A stretch of 64,000 bases of DNA, taken from the human T2T-CHM13v2.0 reference genome, Homo sapiens. The DNA lies in assembly GCF_009914755.1 (NCBI RefSeq), contig NC_060925.1; one strand, written 5' to 3'. The notes beneath the pieces were generated by a model. It saw nothing but the letters and a program-made list of their open reading frames with translations, was not told where the DNA came from and did not search any database. Position 1 is the stretch's first letter. Each line of letters starts with the position of its first letter. A program made the translations under genes and the position numbers. Below are positions 51,081 to 64,000 of this stretch, piece by piece.

Positions 51081-54000
51081 CTATCTCCATCACCTTCCAT
51101 TAACTTACCATTTGGCTACATCCTAACAACTCGCCCCTCCCCTCCAAATAACAACAAACAAAACACACACCCTGCCACACACTGTTCCTTCTGCCCGTAA
51201 AGCCCTCACAAACAACTTGGGCAGGCCACATCTCCCAGATCCATTGGTCATTAAAATGGAAATCACCCTTGTATCACCCCCTCCCAAGACAATGGGAAAG
51301 ACAACTTCAGCTAGTGTCTGGGGAAAGCATTTGTAGCTCCAAGGAAGGACAAAAGCAATGAGAGGGAGTGGGGTGGCCTCACAGAGCTGGGGCCCTGTTC
51401 TCATTCCCACAGTGGAAGAAGACAAGACCAGCCCAGTGAGCTGGGTGCAGGAAGGGGTTCAAGTGGCCTCTGTGGGTTACTGAGACCTAGTGGCCTCTCC
51501 CAGTCCTCTCGGCCAGCCTCCCTTCCATCTCCAAGATGAAGCCTGCTATTTCTTCTCAGACAGGTTGGATTCCCTGGCCTCTCTGAAGACGAGTGTCTGC
51601 TCCACTGGCCCAGGGAGCCACTTTCCCATAGGCTTTGGCTGCCCACCACTTGTGGGGCCCAAGGACAGCAGAGGAAAAAGGGGCTTGGACAAAAGCTGAG
51701 AACAGCAGGGTGTAGGGTACCGCCCTGCGATACCTTCCTCCACTTCCCTGAAAATGCATCCCACAAGCAGAGGCTCCTCCACCAAACTAGGGACTGTCCC
51801 TTACAGCTAGACCCTCCAAGCCACAGATTTATAGCAGACATGGTTTTTGCAATCAGAGACAAACCACAGAGCAAGCCCTGAGCTCATGCGGGAGGAATCC
51901 ATCACCCCCAGCCTCCCCTCCCCGTCCCTTCCTCAGTCCCTCACTTGACATGAAATGAAACTTGAGAGGGGCAGAGAGAAGGGGAGAGCAGAGAGACCAG
52001 GATCCCTGCAGCTCACTAGGGCCCCCCGGCCGCATCCCTACTCTGCCCCACCCCTGTGCTGATCACGTCCTGGGAATGGCTCCAGCCCCTAACAGATCAA
52101 GTCTCAGGTCCCTCACCACTCCCTCCATCCCGGTCCATGTATCTACCTAGAGAACTCCCAGTTATCCATCAATGCCCAGCTCAAATGCCCCCTGCTTCCT
52201 AGTCCAAGTGGGTACTAAAGTCCCAAGTAGGTTCATGAGCTGGAACTCAATACTAGAAGTTACCAGTTTCCACCCATGTCCCTTTCATGAGGCATCCCAC
52301 GGAGCATGCAATACCAATGGCCTCCTAACCAAGCCGACACAGCACTGGATTTAGGGCAGGAGCTCCAGCTCTTGGGCTCCCTGACCAATTCAGAGAGGCA
52401 GGCAATTCACCTCTGACTTGAGCTGCACCCTGTAATATAGGACAATCTCTGGGTTGACAAGAGATTTTAAAAAAACAAGGAGATAATGAAAGGGCTGTGA
52501 TCTCATCTCAGCCTTTCTTCTCTGCCTCCCATTCCAACCTCCCCCTTTTCTCGTACTCTAAGCTTCAGCCACAGGGGACACTAGCTGGTCCCCAGCCTTT
52601 GCACATGCCCTCCTCCCCTCCATCTGGAATGCCCACCTCCCTGCTAGTTTCTGCCATTCTAACATATCCCTTAGGCTACCCTGGACACAAGGCAGGATGA
52701 TTTATTCACCCTCCAATCCTATATGAGACTCTACCTTGACTCTTCCAGCATTTTTCTACCTGGTCTTATTATATAGACAAAGGTTATCTCCCTGCAGGAC
52801 TGTTGGTTCCAAAAAAGTGGAATCCAAATATTTGTAATGCCTACTATCAATAAACATCAAATGATTGGAGACTGCAAAGGAGCTTTCTGGACAAAGCTAG
52901 GCCTGGTTCTTCTGGGACATTTCTCCCTTCTTCCTTATTTGTCTGCTTTATAAAGATGTAACTTTAAGGAACAGACCAGATTTTGGTAAGCCCAAATGTC
53001 AAAAGGTGCAAAAAGCAGCCTTAACTCCCAAAGGTTTTCATGTCTCTCTTCTCCTCAAACAACTGTTGGAAGAGACAAACATGAAAACCTCTGGAGAGAT
53101 CTGAATGTGAATGCTGGTTCCGTTCCTAGCCTGAAACTTGCAAGTCAGAGATAGCAGGACCATTCTTGACAAGGTCCCTACTTTGCTGCAAATCTGGCCT
53201 AAGGCAGTCTGTTTTTCTTCTATTTTTGTCTAACTCCATTTAAGGCCATTGCCATGGTCCTCTCTGGCCAAGACAGGAATTATTAATTTAAATTTGGGCC
53301 TTCGGTAACTTTGAATCTACAACATAGTACAGGAAGGAGTCCCACAGCCAGGCTGGACAGATGTGGCCTCCGGTCCATACACCAGCGTCAAGGGTGGCAA
53401 AGGTCTGGAATCCGGTTTTCCCAAGATGTCTGTGCCTTGGCTGTGTCATCTAGAAAACGAGGACAATAAGCACTGCCTGCCTCACACGACTTGTGAAGGT
53501 CAAGTTTCTGCTGCATCCCCTGGAACAGTGCCTGGCACGCATCCATCAGGTGCTCCAGAAATACTTGCCAAATGGGTATTCATTCTAAACCCTCTGTACC
53601 TGTTTTCCCCAAGGGTGGCCTGTCCCCTGGGGACCAGCTGGGTATCACTCTCCGGCAGACCAGACTCCCAGAGCCTTGCCATCCCTGCCCCCAAAGCCTC
53701 CTGGCTCTCTGTCCCAGGAACAATAATAAGCCCCCACATCCTAAGACTCTATGTAGGCACCAAAGGAGGCTGATCTCACTTAATCCTCCCAACAATCTCC
53801 TGAGGTGAGTGAATCCACTCATTTATTTTATATCCGACCTATCTTGCTGGTGACACGAACAGTTAAGGGTCTTGCACAAGGTCACAGTTAATGGATGCTG
53901 GGATTTTCTTCCTGGCTGGATCCAGACATCACAAACTCACATACCACCCACCACCACCTCCAGTGGGAACCAGAAGGAAGATTTAAGTAATGGAAGGGAA

Positions 54001-54166
54001 AGACCTTAACCCTGAATCAGGTCCTTTGGGTCTGGTACCAATTTGGGACAGGAGTCCAACCTGAATTTGCCTATCTGTAAAAAGAGAAGTCACCATTCCC
54101 TGCCTGGCCTACCTCACAACAGTGGCATGAAGCACAAATGAAGAAACAGACATAAAAACTGTCTCA

Positions 54167-54503
<337 letters not shown>

Positions 54504-55747
54504 TCACCCTGGATAATCAAAGGAGCTGGGAACAAAGATGCCACACAAGAGCACTGGGTGAGGAGTCAGGCTTGGCTGGCTGCCCCCAGAAGGCCCTTCC
54601 CTGTACCCATAAAACAAAGGGAATGGATTCACTTCCTGGTTTCCAAGCCTGGTTGCACATCAAAATCATGTAGTGAGCTTTGCAACAACTAAGCTGCCTG
54701 TCTTCCTGAGGGGGCAGGGATCCAGCTTCTGGGAGCTCCTGGACCAGATGTTCCATCAGATCCCTCCTCAGTTCTGTCTCTACCCTGACCCCAGCAGGGG
54801 AAACAGATCCCAGGTTCTGGGGATGGCTGGGCCAGATGCGCAGGCCTCTTCTGCCCCCTCATGCTCCCCAACCAGTCTCCTAGGAGGCCTGCAGGAAGCC
54901 TCCGGGTGCAGGTCAGGGCTTCAACAGCTGCCCAAACAGGTATGGGCCCAGATTTAATTGGCCTCTTGGTTAAGCTTTCTAATCTCATTAAAGCTGCCTC
55001 CATCAAGCAGACCGAGGCTCTGAATTGAATCACAGAAGAGCGCTGCCCTGCCCCACTGTAAGCTGATTAGGTCTGGGGAGGCCTAGCTCGGACCCCTCTC
55101 TGCACTACCATGCCGTACGGTCACACGGAAGGCACGAACCCAGACTCACGAAGAGGGGCACACTGACGAGGGGGCAGCAGGAAGGAAGTTCAGCGAAGCA
55201 GTCCCAGCAAGGGTGTGGTACCAGACCTGCCTACTCCCACCACTCTGGGGAGCCAGTGCTGTCCCCAGGATTTTCAGTAAATACAAACCACAGAGTAATC
55301 TGATTTCCTATCTTATCAGTGTGCAGTGCCAGAGGCCACCCGGCTCCAGGAGAAAGCTGCCCTTCTAGGCAGAGCGTGGGACTCACAATTACCTCTCCAA
55401 CTTCTTTTCGTAGCTTTAGAGCTCTACTTCATTCAGATGGAAAGGAGGCAGCAGAGGGGTGTGGTGTGGGGCCCAAACACCTGCTTTCCATCTCTAGAAG
55501 AGAGGACTTGTCTTGCCACTCACTCTCTCCCTGACCCCTTCCACCTCCACAAGGAGCTACACTGCGGCTCTTCTCCGATCCAGCTCCTGGACGTCAGCTT
55601 CAAAAACACCATGGTCAGCGTGTGCAAACAGCCCTGAGCAAATACGCGTCGCCCACTTCTCCATCATCTCGCTTTATCTAAATATATCCCAAGGAAATAA
55701 CTTGGCAGTGGTGAGAAATTCTGCAGAGGCTCCAAAGTAACAAAAAC

Positions 55748-55750
<3 letters not shown>

Positions 55751-55800
<50 letters not shown>
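55751..55800. repeat. (AC)25 microsatellite; (UG)n in the SSBP3 pre-mRNA
   Basis: Perfect dinucleotide run. Confidence 0.98.
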
Positions 55801-55803
<3 letters not shown>

Positions 55804-58800
55804 CTCTGTTCAAGGTGCCACGCTGAGCTGAGGATAGGCATGGAGATACAAACACTCACAAGGAACAGCCACCCAGGGTGTGCTGGGGGTTCAGTCCCAC
55901 TGAGGGTTCGTGCTTGGTTGTTATTAATATTTAATAGGGAAGACAATATTTTAGAAGAGACAGGACTCTGTGCAGGTTGCAGGCCAGGCTAGCATAGATG
56001 CCCTGTCCAAGGGAGATGTTAAGGGGGCACGCCTAGCCAAGTACACACACACACCCATCCCACACCCTCCGGGACTTGCTGCAAGACACTGGTATTTTCC
56101 GCTCCACTTGCCAAGAATGGAGCCACCCTGCCCTGCATGCTTGATCCTCAAACTCCTGGAAACAAAGGCGGCAGTCACGGGGGCGTGCTAGCACACCTCA
56201 GGCACTGGTCCGATGTTCCCCTACCCACTGCCATTTTCACTAAAGGGGAAACTAAGGCCCAAAGCAGAAGACAGACATGCCCAGAACCTGGCCAGGGTCC
56301 CTCTTACTCCACCACGCTGTCGATAATTTGGATAGAGGTGGCTTTTTTTTTTTTAATGCATTACACACATCTAGGCTATTCACAATCACCCCCAAGCCCA
56401 CCCTTGTGGGCACAGGGAAACAAATTATTAGGAAAATGAGAGTCAAAGGGGCTATGGGCAATCCCCCAAATCATGCCAGCTCTCAGCAGGCCGGCCCACT
56501 TTCTCAGGTTCCACACAACCACCCCAGTGTCTGCCTTCTCCATCTGCCATCTAGACACGGACATGAGGCCTGGACCACTACATCAGGCCCCTCATTAGTT
56601 TATTAGCCTTAATCTACTTCTTTCTCCAAACAGATCAAACCCAGATCGCTCACACGGCAGGCTCACAACCTGAGGATTTTCTGCTCCTTGCCACACACCA
56701 GCTCAGCCGAGGCCTTCAGGACCTGGCCTGAACCAACCCTCATTCCCAGCTCCACCGACATAATTCCTCCTTCCCTGAACACTGCATGTCTTTTTAAGCT
56801 TCTATGCATTTGTACAGACTTCCCAGACACTGGAATGCTCCTATCACAGTCTTCCTTCTCAGTCACCAATACCAGAACTCAATAATCAGTGATACCATCC
56901 AATCCTAGCTATTTAAAGACAAGAAAATGGAAGGCCGAGAGAGGGTAAGGGAGCGCCACAGAAGATAAGGTTAGCAGTGCTGGACTCGTGGCTGGCCAGA
57001 GTCTTCATTGACTCCAAAAGCCCTCAAAGACCCTCTCCAACTCAACAGCCCTACAGCAAGATCAAACCCAGGAGAGGGCCACTGAGGACCAAATATCCAA
57101 GAAAGAGGGCCCTTAGGGAGTTCTAGAGGCAGCACAGGAAGAGCTGGCCTGGGGTCTCAGGAGGCCAGCAGAAACGAGATGCATGCTTGGGCCTGGAAGC
57201 CCAGAGAGTGGAGAGTATCATCATGTCAGTTCAGCTCAGGGGCCCAGAGCAGGTGCTCGGGGAGGATGTGCAGAACGACCAAGAATGGTACCTGGCACAC
57301 GGAGACACTCGGTCAACATTTGCTGTTGCACACATTAATGACACAAATGGCCAATGACAAACCAGTGCAACACAGAGTACCGCACAGGCCTGTACTCAGC
57401 TCCAGGATCCCAAAGAAAGGAAGGATTATTTCTGCCGGAGGGTGGGGCTTCACAGAGCGGTGACATCTGATCAGACACCATCTGTTATTTTTCTCTAATT
57501 GTTCCACATGTGTGAAATTTTGATTCTCAAGCTAGAACATAGACTCTGAGAGGGCCAAGACCATAGCTGCTTTCTCTGCCTTCACCTACTCTGTCTCCAA
57601 AATGTCCATTCCATGGATGGGCTCTCAGTGGATACTGAAAGAACTCCAAAAAGAGCAATGGACCCCATTTTTTTTATTTCAGAGAGAAGGGCAAAGCAAA
57701 AAGTTGTTTTCCCACAAATCTGCGTTACCTTGAAGAAGTTCCCTGAACCCCATCAGGAAATCCACTGATATCCACGGGCATTTCCAACATCCCAAATGCT
57801 CTGTGCCCCTGGTGTGGCATTTAAGAGATGGACACTCTTAGGATCTCCTGAATGCTTCCCACATCTGACAGGTGGCACTGGGTCTCCTAGACAGCTTATC
57901 TATTTCCCCCTTCAACAACCCTGCAGGACAGGAATCAACATCCCCACTTGCTTGGGAAAACTGGGGCTCAGAGAGGTCACTCGGCAAGGTTAGGAGAAGA
58001 CCTGCATCTCATCTTTTACCACATCACAATGCCCATAATATTAATTCTCTGCCAACAGTTTTCCGCAACAGAAGCCTCACCTGGACCATTTGGCAGGAAG
58101 GAATTAATGCCCATTCAGAATCTCATCAACAATAAAGCGGTGTTGAAGACCAGCAGCAGCAGCACGCCAACTTTGGTTCAACAGCACAAGCTAACCTAAG
58201 GGGCACACTGTACCAGGTGGTGCTCACTCATCCGGACTGTGCTGTACCCTGAGTTTCTGCAGACTGTGCCCCACTTTTGTGAGGTCTCAACACCCCCTAC
58301 CCATGCCCAGCCACATCCCTGTTTCCATAGAGGCCCAGAAGAATGCAAACTCCAATTACTCCCTTTCTTGTTTGGATAATGGCCACTTCACAACTCTCCC
58401 TCCCACGCGGGGACCCTCGCGGCTCCTAAGGCACATAACCCTGAAGAGGCGCTCAGGCCAGGGAGAGAAGAACAAACGGGAAGGGGGATGAAAAACACAC
58501 ACAACAGTAAGCTCCAACCCAAACAGAACTAATCCATTCAGAGCCAAGCGAGGCTGAGCAGATGGGAAGCCAGGCATCCCCCACCCACCTGTCCGGCCGC
58601 CACCACCACCCTAGGTTCCGGGGCCTTCACCACAGTGCTACAATTACAAAGGGTGACCCAGCCACATGCTCCCGGGGCCACCCCTGCTCCCAGGCACCCA
58701 CAGGCTCTGCCTTCATCTGGTTTGGGTTTAGAATCCTACCCAAGCCTCCCCCAAATTATGTGTGCAAAGGCAAGAGGAACACAAACACCCCAGCCCTATG

Positions 58801-59157
58801 GCACCAATCCCTGGGAAAGAGGAAGACGGAGGCACGAACTATGCAATCCTCTCTGGATTCTCCTACAGCTCCAGAGGGCGGCTGGGTGGGGGTGGGGGGG
58901 TACCCCCATTCTTTCCAGCCTGGTGCCTGCCACTCCCACTCATACCATCGTCCCATGTGCGCAAGGACACCTTCATTCTGTGTCTGTTTGTGTGTCTTCC
59001 CCTCCAGCCTGTAAGCAGGAGGACAGGAACAGGACAACCTCTCTTCCTCACTGTAGCACCTACCCCCTGCCCCCGGTGCTTAGTTAGTGCAGGCAAGGCT
59101 GTGCAAAATGTATTCTAATACCTGCTCAATGAATGTAGCTCACGACTCTGAGCATAA

Positions 59158-59372
59158 TTTTTTTTTTTTTTTTTCCTGAGAAGGAGTTTTACTCTGTCAC
59201 CCAGGCTGGAATGCAGTGGCGTGATTACTGCAACTTCCATCTCCCGGTTCAAGTGATTCTCCTGCCTCAGCCTCCCAAGTAGCTAGGATTACAGGCATGC
59301 ACCACCACACCTGGCTAATTTTGTATTTTTTAGTAGAGATGGGGTTTCATCATGTTGGCCAGGTTGGTCTCG
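59158..59372 (-). mobile_element. AluS, 5'-truncated
   Basis: Poly-T, right arm, linker and partial left arm. Confidence 0.9.
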
Positions 59373-60496
59373 TCTTAGCATAATGTTGATGTGTTTATTC
59401 CTTTAATATTTGTTTCTTTCTCTAGCTTTTAAGCACCCTAAGGGCAGAAATACCACCTGTCTTATCCATCATTGCCTCCCCAGTAACTGACACTTAGTGG
59501 GCGCTCAATAAACATTTGTTGAGCAAAGGAATAACAACTCACCACTTCGAGAACACTGACGTGATATCAACCAGTGGAGGAATCTCCACCACATTAGAGG
59601 ATGTTAAGGCTGCATGGGGGCTCAGAAACCACCTGCTCATTTATGACAGGAGGGAGTATGACTTGTTTGCAGCTGCAGACCAAGTCAGTGCGGTCAATGC
59701 AGGACTCGAACCCAGGCCCTGATGCCAGGCTCCTGACACCCAGCCATGCCCTGGCAGTGCTAGGCCCTACTGGGGGAGACAAAAGACACAAAAGATGGTG
59801 CCTGCTGCTTAGGAGAAGCAGGTGATCTAGCGGGGCAGACGAGACAGACACGTGAAACAATTAGTGAACAAGATAACTGCCAGGCTAGCGGTATTATATC
59901 CTGATATAATAAAGTACACGCTGTACAACACAATTAGAGACAAGAGCGAGGCACACCGCGCTAATTACACAGCACAAAGGGTGAGCTCACGGGAGCCATG
60001 GGGTGCTGGTGCTGCCACAGAAAGCTCTGGAGGCCAAGAGAGCAGAGATGAGCTTGGGGTGGGGGCGCCTCTGCCATGCAGCCTCTCCTGACTACCTCTC
60101 CCTCCTCCTTGGTGCTCCTGCTACCAGTCCCTGTGCTAGATGATCCCTTTTGACACTTCTGATGCCTCGCTGCCCTTGTTCGGGCAGTTTGTTATCAACC
60201 CCGCCTAGACAGTCAGCCCAGGGGGCAGGGGGCAGGCCCTGGCACCAAGCCAGCCTCTGGCTCATTACTTCAATGTAAACAATCACCCGCATTTCCCCTC
60301 ACTATGCACTGGGTTCCATGCTGAGCCCTTCCTTGCACTCATCCCGTTCAATCCTGACGACAACTCTATGAGGTGCACATAAGCTCGGAGGGGGAAGTCA
60401 CCCACCCAAGGCCACAATGCCCATAAACAGCAGTCAAGAAACTGCATTAAACAGGTCCACCATGCTACAAATCTCGTGCTCTTAAATCTTTACACT

Positions 60497-60810
60497 CACA
60501 CGGTCCTGCATGGAAGCCCTAGCCACAAGCAGCTACCAAGTACTTGAAATGTGGGCGGTTCAGAGACGCACCATAAGCATAAAATACGTACCAGACTGCA
60601 AAGGCAGTTTGGGGGAAAAAAATATAAAAGATGTCATTAATGATTTTTACACTGATGACATCTTACAGTGCTATTTTGAATATATTTGGTCATAATTAAA
60701 GTATATTACTGTAACTAATTTCGCCTATTTCTTTTTACTTTGTTATGTGGCTACAAGGAGCTCTGAAATAACCTGCAAGGCCCTCAGTACATTTCTACCA
60801 GACAGCGCTG
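60497..60810 (-). mobile_element. MER33-like hAT-Charlie DNA transposon
   Basis: tagccaca...acttgaaatgtgg ... ttctttttactt...atgtggctac...tttcta...gacagcgctg matches the reverse of the MER33 consensus as I recall it. Confidence 0.75.
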
Positions 60811-62479
60811 CTCCACACAGCACTGCCTCCACGTGTTTGCAGAACGAATGATGGGTAGCACGGAGACAGAGGACAGGAGACCGGAGAAGGTGGCCCTTGT
60901 CAAGTTTCAGACAAGGGGAAACTTGAACCAAGATGTGGCAAAGGGGGTACTCCTGAGCCTGTGCAGGACAAGGGAGCCATGACGAGTTCTGAACACAACT
61001 GGGGAGCACTTGGGTCGGGCATGTTGGAACCAAACGACACAGGATGAGGACAGCAGGGCAGCCTTCGACCTAGAGTCTTTGGCAATGTGAACAGGCGGCG
61101 AGGCTGTTTACCATGCTGAAAAGGGAGCTGGGAATGATGCCTCCATGAGACAACAGTGGCCTGGAACCAGTCACCTAGTGTCCTTCCAGAACATGACAAC
61201 AATGCCTCAATTTCCTGAATTAAAGAGCTCTTGGGGGGATGGGGGTGGGGAGGGGGGCTCTCCTCCAAGGACCAGGGCGTCTTCTGGGCACAGGGCTAGC
61301 TGCACGCAGCAGGAGTGAAGGGGCTCCCCAGGGAAGAGAAGCCAGGTGAGGCTGAGTAGGGAGTTGCAGGTGATGGTGGGAAAAGGACACAGCAGGCTGG
61401 AGTGTGGAAGAACAGATAACTCTGGCAGAAGGTCCAGTTCCTGCAAAGGCTGCATGGGGAGCAGGTGGTAAAAGGACAGCCACAGGCAGAGGAGGAACAA
61501 AGCACAGTCCAGCGGGGTCACTGGAGCCAGACCCCAGAATGTTTTGCTAGACAAGGAACACTGCTGGTGCAAGGCTGAGGGTTGAGTTTGTGGATGCTGT
61601 CAGAGAACAGACAGGTGCCTCACCAGTGGAAACAACCCAGGGCCTTGTAAAAAGCCTCTCAGCTGTCCTCTGCTGAGATGAGTTGGCCTACGCAGGGTAG
61701 CTGCTGAGAAGGCAATCACAGATAAACAGAGAAACACATTCTCAGAGCCTGGAAGACCACCACCACCACCCCCACCGACACCATGAGGAAGCGAGGATGC
61801 GTGGGACCCGGAGCGGCTCTTAGTGGAGCATGTGCACTCCACCAGCATGGCTGAGGCTGTCCTCCACGCCAGCTGAGATTTACCATAACCAGAGAAAGGC
61901 CGAGCAGAGACCATGTATGCCTGGCGGGAGGCGTGGCGTGGGAGGCCAGGCCAGGGGTAACTAACTTCAGCTTTGCCATCGCTAGCTGAGCAACTCTGGG
62001 CTCTTTCTTAACTAAGTAAGATGGAAACCACCACCCTTTACTGCCCAGGGCCTATGACGAGGAATAAAGACATTCCGTAGCTGTGAGTTTCTCAGCACAG
62101 ACCCAGGCCCTGCCCTTCCCAATATCACTGGTCCTCCAAATGCCTCCTTTCCCTTTTCACAGCACCTGCCTAGCACACCGGCCAGCACATGGTAGGGTTT
62201 CGATAAATAGCACCATTTTCTATGATGAGACATCACAGCTGAGGAAATACCAACTTAGATCCATCTATGGCTGGAGTTGGAGTTTAGGAGAGCAGAAAGT
62301 TCACCTAACTGAGCAATCACAGAGCCAGGGAACATTTTCAAAATGGAAGAAAGTTTCAGGCTCCAGGCCACTGGCTTCCTTTGCCAGACTGGGCAATTGG
62401 GAGCTATGGAGAAGCCAGGGAACTTGAGTTTGGATGCCATCATTTAGTTATTTTTCTTTAAAAAAAAAAAAAAAAAGAG

Positions 62480-62597
62480 AGAGAGAGAGACGAGGTCTCA
62501 TTATGTTGCCCAGGCTGGTACTTCTGAGCTCATGTGATCCTCCCACCTTGGCCTCCCAAAGTGCTAGGATTACAGGAGTGAGCCACTGCGTCCGGCT
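62480..62597 (-). mobile_element. FLAM / Alu monomer
   Basis: Antisense left-arm monomer after an A/(GA)n tract. Confidence 0.85.
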
Positions 62598-63560
62598 GAG
62601 TTTGGATTTATTATAAAAGACACGCCATAGGTGGAAAGAAACTCTCGCTTGGATTTGGGGCTCAAAGATGGTCACTATTATCTTGCTTTCTATCTAGCAG
62701 CCGTCTCTCCCTGCTGTCAGTTTCACCCCAAGCCCAGTCACTCTTATCTGCAAGCTGTTTCCTATGATGTTGTCTTCTACCATGATACCCTTCCCCAGTC
62801 CTCATTTGTAAAAGTACTACTAACTTTGAGGGTCCAGGGGAAACACCACATTCCTCGGTAGCCCTTCCCAGACTTCCCCCAGCTGAAGGTTCTCCCTCTC
62901 CCATCCTATCCCCAACTCCTTGCACACTTCTAGCCAGACTGGCAGCTCCTGGGTTCATTTCTTATTCCTCCTCCTGGACTGTAAGCACCCCTACTATCCC
63001 CTATCCCCCAGGATCCAGTCTTGCCGGCAGCACAGCACAGAACGCACTGGGTCCCTCCCAAGGAGTGAGTGGATATTACACACTTGCTAAGTGAAAGAAT
63101 GAGAGGAATATGATAACGCACAGCTTGGTGTGATAAGCCCCAGGCTGGTGTCAGCCGTGTGTCAAAAAACACATCCATTGGAGAACAGGGGACAGCTACA
63201 AGTCCAAACAGGAGTACAGTTTCAGTCCAGGACACCAGGCTCATTACTGGCAAAGACTGGGTTATCTGAAACCAGACTGTGCAACAGAAGTAAAAAGCCC
63301 GGCCACACTGCAGCCTCACCTGAGGCCATCTTCAACTCTTACCTCGGTCATCCCTTGGCTGAGTGGGAAAGCCACTAGCTGGGTACACCAGGGCCAGGAC
63401 CCTGCATTTCTTAGGAGCTGCCACTGGTATTATCATTAGAAAGAAGATAATAATACTAAACATTTTTTGGTATTTCTGTGTGCTGAGCGCTTCGTGTGAT
63501 TGCCTCTCTTAATCTACCTTTATACCAACCCCAAGATATAAATATAAAAACCACCTCACA

Positions 63561-63650
63561 GGCCAGGCCTAGTGGCACACACGTATAATTCCAGGAGTTC
63601 GAAACGAACCTGGGCAACATAGCGAGACCTGATCTCCACAATAAAAAAAT
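63561..63650 (+). mobile_element. Alu monomer fragment with an internal deletion
   Basis: ggccaggcctagtggcac...ccaggagttcgaaacgaacctgggcaacatagcgagacc. Confidence 0.75.
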
Positions 63651-64000
63651 TTTTTTAAATAAAAAAGCACTTCACAGAGCAGGAAACTGAGGCTAGACTG
63701 CCCAGGATCACCTGAGGTAGTGGACAGAGGTGGCATGCGCCTAACACGAGGCTCTTTTTACTACAACTTTCCACCAGGACCCTCCAACTACTGCTTACCT
63801 TGACTTTCAACCTTGAGATTCTAAAGGCCAAACTATGAAGACTCAAGCAGCATTCCAGCTGTTCCCTGCCCACAGCCTCCAGGAGGAAGGCCAGGCCTCA
63901 ACACATCACCAAGGCCCTACTACCTGGGCACCCTAAAATCCCATTACTCAGTCAGACTGTGCTCCCTCTACTTCTTCTGCCTTCCGGCCCTAGAGCCCAG

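Overview
Primate (very likely human) genomic DNA from inside the SSBP3/SSDP1 gene (single-stranded DNA-binding protein 3, cofactor of LDB1/LIM-homeodomain complexes), transcribed on the minus strand. Six short coding exons can be read exactly, each with AG/GT ends: 38282-38371, 14897-14977, 13955-14014, 8644-8710, 8466-8542 and 92-156. They are probably exons 5-10 and encode the Pro/Gly/Met-rich region [10 protein letters not shown]...PAMPGINM. Positions 38372-64000 lie in one large upstream intron. The rest is intron containing about 20 Alu elements or fragments, MIR/L2/MER relics, a 40-bp minisatellite, microsatellites and several TAAT-rich enhancer-like blocks. Almost all ORFs in the supplied track are spurious. 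I see no new gene or novel system. The most interesting signal is a possible hidden splicing layer: an in-frame alternative acceptor adding TDPWLSLQ before the exon at 92-156, plus several candidate stop-introducing (poison) acceptors or exons. All of these need RNA-seq confirmation.
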